Positions 11,305 through 22,510 of a DNA stretch of 64,000 nt are shown piece after piece. Numbering within the stretch: position 1 is the first letter of the stretch; the number at the start of each line of letters is the position of its first letter. The stretch comes from Podarcis liolepis (Eukaryota). Both the position numbers and the translations under genes were made by a program. The notes beneath the pieces are model-generated. The model saw only the letters and a list, made by a program, of their open reading frames with translations. It searched no databases and was not told the origin of the DNA. The stretch lies in NCBI GenBank assembly GCA_965112155.1, contig OZ218105.1; one strand, written 5' to 3'.

Positions 11305-13992
11305 AAGTAGAATAGTCAGATGTAGGGATTCACAACATTTTTTTTAAAAAAAGCTATGAAAAAGGTTATGTTAATAAGTGTGGAAATTCAGTACATTGTG
11401 TGCACAAATGAAGTACTAAAAAACCCTATAAGCATACTGGTTCATTATTTATACTGAATTTGATTTAAAATGTATAATTTAGAACTTTTGACATATTAGT
11501 CAAATCCAAAATAATTCTAAAATTATAAAAGCTAGTACAGTAGTATTTCTAATTAGAGTAGAATTAAATGATAACTTTTATTAAAATAATGAAGGTGAAT
11601 TTCCATTGCTTCTTGTGTTTACTACTTTGTTAAACAGTGTTCCCCTTAGCCATGTCAGAAACATATTACATTTTCAATGCAAATGTATTAATCTGGGTAA
11701 ATTCCGTATTAATTCTTACACTACGTTGAGATGTAATTTGGATTATAATTAATCTAAAGTGGCACTAGATTTAAATGACAATATAAATGAGGCATTAGGA
11801 GGCTCTTGCCTTCTGAATGAATATTCAGCAAACATAGCTTGATTATTGCCAAGTCTCTGTTTGAAAGCCTCAGTTTGAGATAAGGAAGGCAAGGCAGAAC
11901 AACAGTTTACAGAACTGTTTGGGCACTAAACATGTTAATCCTTCCTTTTCTAATAGATTTGATGCTAAAGAGTGGTGATAGTATTTTTCTGTCTAACTTG
12001 TTAAAGCTGTGATTAACATATTGGTTTTCCTGGGACTTCTTTGGCAAGATTTTCAACACTTAATTCAGGAGAAGAAAGCCTAAATTAACATTCAATTATA
12101 CATAAGCAGTTATGTGGTCATTATGCATAGTAGTTAGCTGTGCTGAGAATTAAGCCTTTTGAATGAATGCCTGATAATGCAGAATTAGTTTAGAGAGGTC
12201 TATCAAAGAATTCAAAAGGTGAGATTGAGAATTTGAAATACGAACGATTTTCAAGCTAAAACTATCTTACACAGTTTTTTGGTTGCCGTTCTTCATCAAA
12301 CACTCCAGCATTGGTTGGTCCAAATTAAACCTGGTCCATCCAAAAGTATAATTCTCATGGAATCTTAGAAATTTCCCCACACTCTTTCTACTGACAATCA
12401 CCATTTTTGCCTATTAGCCCATTAACATCATGGCTTATTCTAAGTTCTGAGGTCTTTCCAGTAGATAAACTAGGTGCATAAGATCTCTGAAAGATATTAC
12501 AATGCTTTTTTGATGAAGCACATGGAAAATGTTTCACAAGGGGCTTTGCCTATTTTTTTCATGACTCTTCCGTGTGGACTTAGTAATGAGCCTGAGCAGA
12601 AAGTTCTTCTGTCCATTACCTCTCTCAGAGAATGTATTTCAAGAAAGGGATAAGCATACTTAAAAAGAAGCCTACAAACATAGAGTCACTATAAACAGGT
12701 CCCTGGATTTCAAAAGCTAAATAAACTCAGTGCAATGTAGGTTTCTCAATGGTAATAGAGACTGGCCATAACATTTTGAAATGTTGGGTTGAAATAAACG
12801 ACAGACGAATGGCAAGTGTCATCTGGGAGGTACAGAAAGAAAACTTCCCATCATTGAAAACCAAATGCAAGATGAGATTTATTCCTTAAATAAATATGGC
12901 ATAAATACCCATCAGTATCTTCACTATGTTTTAAACAATATTTTAGGAGTACCTTAAGAAATATCGGCCAATTCAGTTTTTACTAAACTTGCATGTAAAA
13001 TGGTATTTTCTGTATAACTAAACATCTTTATAGTGAATACAAGCACTTTTATATGCTGCTGTCATTGGAATACAAGGGAAAGATATATGACTACCTGAAA
13101 CTAATAGGCTTCAACCTGTTTCAGCACTTCTTCTGCTTCAATGAATCCAGCATAATGTAACTAGGAATAGCGTGCAGCAGAAGTAGCCAATGTAATATTC
13201 ATTGTGACCATAGATTTCCATCTCATACATAAAAAGCATGGATGAAGTCACATATTTGCCAAATCAAACACAGAAAAAGCCTTGTGTTTCCATGCCAGAT
13301 GCTGGCCTTGGGTTTGTTTGTGCACAAGTAAATGTCATGACATAAGAGTTTTGTTTTCAAAGACAGTAGCTTTCATTACTGGGCTTTGTATATTCCCAGA
13401 GATCAATATTACCCAATTCCTAATCCGTTTTCAATGATATTTCCTCTTTCTTAGGCTGAATCATCTGCAAACTTTTTCACTGGATTTTCTGTATTCCCCC
13501 TCCCCCCAATTAAATACTAGATAAATGCCCAGGAAGAAGGAAGATTCCTGAATCTAAGTGATCATATATCAAGAACAGGAGCTGGGGTAGGAGAAGAAGC
13601 TTTCCTACATTCTTAGGGCTGCAAGGCAAACAAAATTTGAAAGCAGGGGAAATTTTCAAGTGNNNNNNNNNNNNNNNNNNNNNNNNNNNNNNNNNNNNNN
13701 NNNNNNNNNNNNNNNNNNNNNNNNNNNNNNNNNNNNNNNNNNNNNNNNNNNNNNNNNNNNNNNNNNNNNNNNNNNNNNNNNNNNNNNNNNNNNNNNNNNN
13801 NNNNNNNNNNNNNNNNNNNNNNNNNNNNNNNNNNNNNNNNNNNNNNNNNNNNNNNNNNNNNNNNNNNNNNNNNNNNNNNNNNNNNNNNNNNNNNNNNNNN
13901 NNNNNNGATAATAACAGGAATGTCCAGACGGTTTTAAATGAAAGACTATTTAATAAGATTTTTTAAAGAGTGACAAAATTCTAGCATCTTAC

Positions 13993-14115
13993 CAGAGTCT
14001 TTACTAGCTTTTTTGCCTTCACTATTATTTCTCTCTTTCTCACACGTGTCTTTATCATCAGCAACAGACACTGATGAGCTTTTAGCAGACCCTTCTGCAT
14101 CTTCAACTTGTTCTT
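13993..14115 (-). CDS. ZFHX4: ZFHX4 internal coding exon (123 nt, phase 1-1); probably human exon 6 equivalent
   Basis: (E)EQVEDAEGSAKSSSVSVADDKDTCEKERNNSEGKKASKDS(G) resembles recalled human EEQSEEAEGAIKP...DNSEGKNSNKDSG. Pyrimidine-rich acceptor cttcttttaattttttgtgctcattcgcag, donor CTG|gtaaga. Splices in frame to 2181. Confidence 0.93.
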
Positions 14116-14259
14116 CTGCGAATGAGCACAAAAAATTAAAAGAAGCTAACTTAGGGACCATTCAACATTAATTGTAAACATGTTCTTTAATTAGAACTGC
14201 ACTAAATTTATATATTTTTCTCAGAAAGGAACAAGTGAAAAGAATAGCACTTTAAAAGA

Positions 14260-15400
14260 GATCCAGTATTAATGATTAATCATTTGCAAAATTTCAGATT
14301 CAGTCCAGAAATTGCAAACATTTCTTTATCAGAACACACAGCGCTAGCCAGTGTGACAAATCAGATGTTTCATATTTGCCATTCACTGGCTGTAAGTGAT
14401 TTGTCTCAATAAACGTAAACACAAGTCGGGTCTGAACAAAGGCGGCACATGCAGCAATCTATCTGAAAGCAAAGAAAAGCTTTCAAAAATAAAATAAATC
14501 CTATTAGAATCTGTACATCCTGCTAATTGCAATACGTAAGTGCTGTGTTGAATCTAAACATTGAGAACTCTCAGTTTTCATCTCCAGGAGGAGCTATTCA
14601 AGGTAAATGACAAAACTTGGTATATTGCTTCTAAGGAAGCCGCAATACCCACACCTCACTTACATGTTCACACCAGCTAGATTACATGAAAATCTTCACA
14701 NNNNNNNNNNNNNNNNNNNNNNNNNNNNNNNNNNNNNNNNNNNNNNNNNNNNNNNNNNNNNNNNNNNNNNNNNNNNNNNNNNNNNNNNNNNNNNNNNNNN
14801 NNNNNNNNNNNNNNNNNNNNNNNNNNNNNNNNATCTTGTGATCATTTGTCTCTGACTGTGCTGATGTCACATTTTAATGAATTTTAGAAATCTGAGTAAT
14901 ACCAGATAACCAGACTTGCAACTCCCTACAGCACAGCATGCTGTTTTCATTGCAATACAAACAAAAAAAGAAAGAAAGTCATATTTCGCAGTTCAGGTAG
15001 GAATTATACAAATTAGGAGGGGAAGGTAAAATGGGATTCAAAACACCAGGCTGCTCAATTTCATAAAATCTTTAATGACCATATAAATTAACCCTGGAAA
15101 GGCAAAAGGTCACAGACATACATTTGCATACACTCCTCTATTCACTTTTGATAAGCAGAGCTTTTACGCAGGGAACATGATACAATTAACCCTTCAGGAA
15201 CCGTACAAAATGCAGCTACCGACATTTTAAGTGTCAAGCATTAACTGAAAATTACACACTGCATAAAATTTTCATTGTAAATGCTATAGTGATTGAAAGG
15301 GGAAATCGTGGCCCCTTCCGCACCCCATGTTTTATTAATAACATTCTGACAGCAGAATGAAATATCCTCTGTCATATGGAGCAGCTGAGCACAGAAAAAT
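14260..15400. promoter_or_regulatory. Putative conserved non-coding element(s) upstream of the 123-nt exon
   Basis: No recognisable repeats; octamer atttgcat (15122-15129), aaaggtca half-site, tgataa, several TAAT and TGACA motifs. Conservation not tested. Confidence 0.4.
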
Positions 15401-16134
15401 TGCTACTTAGTGCCTTACTTGCCAACTCTGCAGTGGAGCTGCATGGATGGGTAAACAATTGGAATCAGCAATGCCGAACTCTTAAAAAAACACATTTCAT
15501 TTAAAAAAAAATGTTTACTACAACTTTTAATTTTAAAAGGATCTGAATGTTTTGCATTGATTCTGTTTGTGTATACAAAGAAATGCTAGCAAATTAGATA
15601 TCAATGACTACTTCATTCAACTGTATTTGAAAGGGCGGAAGCAATCCTCATTTTTTTTAAAAAAAATATTGATGCAGAATGACCAGCACAAATGGAATAA
15701 ACAATTCTCACTGCCTTAGCATGCTTTCTTCTTCTTCTTTCCCTCTCTCAGTGGTATTACTAATCAAACACTGTAGGCTCCCTGGTCACAGTAGGAAGCA
15801 AGACTATGTTTGTTAAGGGTGATGGGGGAGCACAGTTTGGGATGCTGTAAGCCTGTGATCGTGACTAGATTGGGTTGTACTAATGCCAAGTACACAGGCA
15901 CACACACTCACACCATGCATCTAGTCAGAACCTATGGGCTAATACAGCCTCTGGCACTTTCATTTTGACTCGAGCTCTGGAATGGACGTTATTTTCTCCT
16001 CCTCCTAGATTTACCAGTCCGTTCCCTTTGGGCAGGAAAATGAAGTGTCAGAGTGATACTGAGTGTCCTTATCTTGAGGGGGCATAAAATTGTAAAGGCT
16101 GTCATGGTAATCATTAATAAAACAGAGAGGGGGG

Positions 16135-16160
16135 GAGAGAGAGAGAGAGAGAGAGGGAGA
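16135..16160. repeat. (GA)n microsatellite
   Basis: Direct reading. Confidence 0.9.
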
Positions 16161-16419
16161 TGGGCAAAGAGAAAATCATGAAGGTACTAAAAGAATAGCC
16201 AAAGTATCATCATCTGGGTCTCATCAGACAATTTTTGCAGGGTGCTCTTTTTCTGGTATGTGTTTTAAGTATGAGAGAAATTCCCAGACATGTTCTCCTA
16301 TACATCATCATGGTGTCTGACCTCTGCCTGACCCTGGCAACAGTTTGAGAAATCTAAATGTGAACAAAGACTCTGTGTCAGCAGCAGGGAGAGATTGTGG
16401 GGTAGACTTTCCTCCATCA

Positions 16420-16770
16420 ACTTAATCGCAAACAGCAGTTTTTAGGCCATAACTTTACAGGGCTCCACCAAGCCACAAACACATAACCTTTGGAGGTGAA
16501 ACTGCCCTCTACCCCTCCTCCCTTCTGTGATTTTTCTCAGTCCTCTGGTACTTCCTTTGATGTAGCAAGGCAATTAGATCTAATGTTCAAGTACTGCAAG
16601 CCTGTTTTATGGTTTCGAAGGTGAGAGCTGTTTATTACAGGTAGGCTCCCGGGGGCCATAAAAGCTTTGCAAATTTTAATCATGCAAAAAACTAATCAAA
16701 TGTAACTTATACACACCATAAAAATTAATATCATTATTATGCACTATTTAAATTGGTTGTCTTGGCTTTT
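16420..16770. promoter_or_regulatory. Putative enhancer with posterior HOX/CDX-type site cluster
   Basis: ttttatgg 16605-16612, tttattac 16631-16638, ccataaaa 16656-16663 and 16716-16723. Confidence 0.4.
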
Positions 16771-17628
16771 CAATGGCAGACACATTAAGAAAAATATTTG
16801 GCATTCATTTCAGAAATATGTCTGGCTTTCCTTTCGGAAACCTATTTCAGAGACAGAAATGACAGTGGAGCTGATTTTACTGTCTTAAAAAAAGTGGCAA
16901 AGGGCTGCTGATTTCTTGCAGTGTTACACTGTTGCAAATGTCTTTAATGAACTGCAGAAAAAACGTAGCAGTCACACATACAAGCATATTAAGATGCCGA
17001 GAAGTAAAAATATAGACTAATTCCTATAATTCTTAAGGAATTTCCAAAACAAAAAGTAACATCAGACAGTTCATAGCATCAGCACTTCAACAACTTGTAC
17101 TTATTGCTTCAAAGCGTATTGTTCGATCGTAATGTCGTATTTTAATCAACAAAGATATCTGGGGGAAGTGTGCATGTATGAGTTCACACCACTATAGCTA
17201 CTAAAAGATCTATGAGTGTGTTTAGATATGAACAAGTCCTTGTGGTCTGTTTTAAATTTACAAGAGTTCTACCTATATACGCTTACATATGTAAGCTTTG
17301 AAAATAAGTAGAACATGGAATTCAGTCATATTTCAATAGCTAACATAACACTCACCATTGCAACATGATATTTTATTCTCACCTGGTTTTGTTTTATCTA
17401 AATACTAAAATGCCTTTGAAGTCAAGTCCAAGTTTAACCACTGTCAGCCTTTCCCCCCCTGAAACCTGTTTTGAAGTACGCACAGTATTAAAAGCTGCAC
17501 AGTTTGGAATGCTTATCATTAAAACTGGGCAAAACAAAAATTACCAACTGAAATATACATGTCCTTATTAATTATGTTTACACAATTAATACATGGGAAA
17601 TGCATATTTCAGAGACCAGTTCTTTCCA

Positions 17629-18316
17629 GCATCATAACTTTTATATGCCTGTTGTCTTTGCCCATGGAGTTTTCTTGGCAGGGATACTGGAGTGGCTTGT
17701 CGGTTCCTGCTCCAGATGGATCATGTTTGGTCAAAACTCTCCACTATGACCTGTCCATTTTGGGTGGCCCTGCACGGCATAGCTCATGGCTTCTTTGAGT
17801 TATTCAAGCCCCTTCACCATGGCAAGGCAGTGATCCATGAAGGGGCTGGAGGAGACTCTTGAGAGTCCCATGGACATAGGCGCCGACTCCATGGGGCCTG
17901 AGGGGGCCCGAGCCCCCTCAAAAATTCGTTTGGGGGGGCTCTGCCCCCCCAATAATCTCGAGCGCCCCTCCAGCAGAGTGCCATCGCCGCCCCTCCCCCA
18001 GCCCAAAATGCACAGGGTCGGGCTGCATGCCTCCTGCCCTCCCTCCCGAGCAAAAGCTCCACCCAATTTCCTTCGGAGCTGATTAATAGGCGCAGCACGC
18101 TCTCCCCTATTCGCTCACGAGGAGGCGGCGCCACTTTATTTGCATATTCATGAGCTTATTTATTATTCATGAGCTTTCATTTATTATTCATTATTTATTA
18201 TTCATGGGCTCCCCCAATATTTTTTATAAGTCGGCGCCCCTGCCCATGGACTCTGGTGTGCTCTGGTCCATGGGGTCATGAAGAGTCGGACATGACTAAA
18301 CGACTAAACAACAACA
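17629..18316 (+). mobile_element. Rearranged RTE/BovB-derived insertion: inverted 5'UTR segment fused to a sense 3' end with (CAA)n tail
   Basis: 11-bp TSD agttctttcca at 17618-17628 and 18317-18327. 17629-17845 is the reverse complement of BovB 5'UTR-like sequence; 17845-17874 plus 18251-18316 is BovB 3' end (gtccatggggtcatgaagagtcggacatgactaaacgactaaacaacaac). Confidence 0.85.
17875..18242. mobile_element. hAT MITE nested in the BovB-derived element
   Basis: 8-bp TSD cccatgga (17867-17874, 18243-18250); TIRs cataggcgccgact / agtcggcgcccctg. Confidence 0.92.
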
Positions 18317-19894
18317 AGTTCTTTCCATGTAATGCTATACTTCCAAGTTACAGAGGACCCTGTCTTAAAGATACTTGCCCATTTCTGCCACCACGAGTGG
18401 TGGGGGAGGATACAAATGGCAGTAAACATAGACCAGATGGAGAACTAGTCTACACAATCAAGATGGCAAGAGCAGAGATTTGGCCAGGAAGCCTGAACCT
18501 GCAGGGAAGCTGCCTAACAGAACTTGGATGGCAGGATCTGAGTTGCAACGGTTGGCAAAGAATCTTCCTCAAGGATCTGTTGTTCCCAAGATGCTCAGGT
18601 AGCAACTAAAGGATTTTATAGTGGAGCTGGCTGCTTCTGGATCAGCAGGGCCTGATCTGAGTCATTACTCAGTGCCTACCTGTTTCCTCTGAGTAAGCCT
18701 TGCAAAACGGAGACCTTGGTCAACAGAAAAGGGGCTGCAACACCACTTCTTTGCTTTAATGCAGCTCCATCACTGTCACTGTGTAGCCTCCATGGATAGG
18801 GTGTCATCTGGGGGCGCTAGCTGTTCATCGCCCTGTGGGGTAAGCTTCTGTGCCTACTCTTCAGACGTTTCATAGGGTCTGGAGTATATGGGCACAGATG
18901 GATCCTCCTAACACCACTAAGTGGGATAGTACACCATTGTGATATCTATAATGGCCTACAATATTAAATGTGTCGGTTTAGAAGTCCTTCAATGTTCAAA
19001 GCTCTTCCTATATTTTACCTCAATAATGTTTACAACAACTCTAGATAGTAATCAGTACTATTGCCCCCATGTTGCCATTGGATAAAGTGAGGATAAAGTA
19101 ATAATAACAATAGTGGGATGTCTACGGCCACAATGAGAGTGGCCAAGGTGAGATACAAATCAGGGACTTCCTGGCTCGCTACATCAACTCTTTCTGAAAA
19201 AAGACTTTCTTAATAAGAAAAGCTGGACAGTAAATTAGTGTCAATTATTTAATGAATATTACTACAGATGCCAGGCCTTAAGGAAGAAAGGAAGAGATTG
19301 TCTTGAACCAACAACATCATTAGGAAAGGTCCTTTCCTGCTTGCATATTGAAAGACTGGATTGTACCCTAGAATAACATCCTCAAATTATTTTAACCACA
19401 AGGTGCCTTATAGCTTATGCCAAACCTATTATGACCTAAGCGTTTATTTACTAGAGTACAGTTCTCCAGATATATGGCAGCTTCTGANNNNNNNNNNNNN
19501 NNNNNNNNNNNNNNNNNNNNNNNNNNNNNNNNNNNNNNNNNNNNNNNNNNNNNNNNNNNNNNNNNNNNNNNNNNNNNNNNNNNNNNNNNNNNNNNNNNNN
19601 NNNNNNNNNNNNNNNNNNNNNNNNNNNNNAAGTGTAGGTGATAGCAAACAAACATCCTGTAGTGTGATAAAACCCAATATTCTGATTAAATCCCCACATG
19701 AAGGAGCTAAACTTTTTGAAGATCCCATCCCTCTGATCTCATTTTTGACAATCTCTCTTACACCCACCCATCACCCAGTCCTCATCTGTATTAGAATTGT
19801 TTTAAGATGTTACTGTTTTATCACTTGCTGTTTGCCATCCTCGACATATAAATTTAATAATAAATGGCCACCAACAGTTGTGTGCCACTTAGAA

Positions 19895-20025
19895 CAACAC
19901 TTCACTTATCCGATGAAGCAGGCTCTAATCCATGAAAGTTTGTGCCATTAAAAACATGCTCTCGTCTTTAAGGTGCCACAATACAGTTTTGGCTGCCACA
20001 GACTAACACATCTACTTCTCTGGAA
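19895..20025 (+). mobile_element. Penelope-like element terminal fragment
   Basis: ccgatgaagcaggctctaatccatgaaagtttgtgccattaaaaac...gtctttaaggtgccacaa...gccacagactaacac resembles recalled reptile Penelope termini. Confidence 0.6.
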
Positions 20026-21699
20026 ATACTTTTAAGAATCTCTAAACTGAAGTTTTTAAAAGCTGAAGACCCATATTCCATCACAATGTTTAAATATCCC
20101 AGCAATACATGATTAAAGATAATGGTATATTAGCCTCCCAGGTGTAGTATCCTTATAGCAGTGAATATATGTGTGCTGGGGGTGATAGCACATACAGAAC
20201 TCTGTGAACACGCTCAGTAATTGATCTGGAATCTTGGACACAAGAGGTGACAAACCATGCTTTTAATTTCAGATCCTAGGAGCTCAATGGACCGATTTAG
20301 TTCCCAACCAATGGTGCAAAAATTTATTTTATATTTTACACATAAGTGAATGGTTGCGACTTAGTACTATGGAGAAATTAAAGAGCTATTGTTGAGGGCA
20401 ACAATGTGAAGTGAGCAAAATCTGCTCATTAACCCAAAACTGGATCACCCAGCTACCACTGATATCAAGAAGCAACATTCCTGCCCTCCTGCTAATAGTA
20501 GTTACAGGACGCAGGAATATTTCACACACTTACCACCAACACAACCGGATAGGGGGAATACAGGTCCCCTCACCCAATCAAACCTGAGAGGAGCTTTTAA
20601 ATTGGTACCAGGGAGGCATTTCTTACCTTTCCCTATGAGTCTTGTGCTCTAATCAGGTTGAGCAAGAAGCAGAATCAAGCCCATTTTTATGCTTGTTTGG
20701 GAAGCAAGGGTGACAATAACAAAGATTGTGGAAACAATTAGACCCCTGAATCACTTTTTTAAAGAATTAAGCAGCCTTTAGCCAATTTGACAGTAAAAGG
20801 GTCAGGCAGCCAAACTAACTAAAACTGAGAAATTCCAAAGCTTCTTTTTCTGAAATGAAAGCAGCAGATTTTGACAGCTGGCTATTATAGCCTCATTTTT
20901 TTTATTGCTCAACATCTGCACAACATGAGAAGCAAACCCCTTTCTCAAAGAATCCCTACTCTGTTGTGTAACAGTCCAAACAGATTACTCCTATTCTAAC
21001 CACCCCACCTGTTCTTTATCCTCATTTTTTCAATTCAACCTACCCTTGTTGTACAGAAAATTCCATCTCTTTCCTCCTTATTTCCCCCCATATCTGATTT
21101 CTATGAATCGATGGATGAAGAATGGTATATAAATTTAACTCATAAAATAAATAAAATGTAACATAATGAGCTCAGTAGTTTTAAAGAAACAACTAAAAGG
21201 AACAACACAACAGAAGATCCCCATTTCCACTCCATCTACTAAGGCCTATGGATTCAGGAAGTTATTCTTCTGTTTCATGCTGCCCATCAAGCAACTACAA
21301 CAGAATTCAAGATTACATAATGTATAATCGTAAATGTGCTGGTTTGCTCAACATGTAAGCCTCTATCCACTCAGTGAGTCTAGATTTCATTCTACTTTAT
21401 TTTATTGGTCTAATAGTAACAAAAACGTATAAAAATCATATAAAAATCAAACTGAATTTTGATTATTACAGTTTTAAATTTTGATTACTACAGTTCTACA
21501 ATTTGTTTTTCAAATGATGAACAACAGGTCCTCTGTAAACCTTCAGGCCAGACAAGTTACTCTTTCCCTTGTTCTTGCCTGAGGAACTATTCAACCCATA
21601 TATTATTTTCACCACCTTATTCAGTTTGCTGACAATAACAGATAAGTAAGACTTTGTTTCCAGAGCTTGGTAGGTTACTAAATAAGCAATCCATTAAAA

Positions 21700-21870
21700 C
21701 AGTGGTTCTCAATTAGCTAAGTACTGTGGACCTCTGTTTTTCAAAAGCCAAACTATGGACCCCTACTTCTGAAAATTCTGATATATCTATGGTAGTTTTT
21801 GTTTTGTGAATGGTATCACAGACCCCCTGGGTGGGTTACACGGAACTCCTGGGGGTCATATACGTCTGTT
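21700..21870. mobile_element. Degenerate hAT-Charlie-like MITE
   Basis: Begins cagtggttctcaa with repeated ggacccct motifs; right end decayed. Confidence 0.5.
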
Positions 21871-22099
21871 GGCCTGTGTTTGGCTTATTGGGTTGCAAGC
21901 TGGTGATGGCTAATATATGCCCTCTCTTCCTTAAATGTTACTGTTACTATGTCACTTTTAACAATGAACTGCCTTAAAACAATAATAAAAATAGAAATAA
22001 CATGAAACATGAAACCAAGTATAAAAGCAAGAATACAATAAGACCTAAACTGCACATCTAAAAATATGCATTTAACACGAACAAGTCCTACCCACCTCA

Positions 22100-22510
22100 T
22101 TTAAAAGTCCACAGAGATAACCAGTTACCCTCCAAATTAAGGATCAAAGGCTAAGATAAGTTAAATGTTTTTGCCTGGCACCTAAAATACAGACAGCACC
22201 AGGTATGCTTTCCTGGGGAGTGCATTCTGTAAATGGAGAGCCACTACTGGAAAGGCCTGTTCTCATGTCACCTACTCTGCACCTCCCTTGAAGAGGACAC
22301 ATGGAGAAAAGTCTCCGATAATGAATAATGTGTCTGGGTTGGGTCATACGAGGAGAAGCTGCTCTGGAGGTACTGGGGTCTTGAGCTATGTAAGGCTTTA
22401 TGGCTAAGAACTTTGAACTGAGCCTGGACACTAATCGGTAGTTGGTGGAGTTCCGTCAAGATTGGAGTTAATAAGCTCACACCATCTTGCTCCGGTCAGC
22501 AATCTGGGGC
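22100..22510 (-). mobile_element. L2-type LINE ORF2 3' fragment
   Basis: Minus-strand LLTPILTELHQLPISVQAQFKVLSHKALHSSRPQYLQ, typical of the L2 ORF2 C-terminus. Confidence 0.8.

Noticed and set aside
18361-18913. Possible solo LTR (tgt...aca ends, minus-strand TATAAAA)
   Set aside because: No convincing TSD and family not recognisable without a library search.
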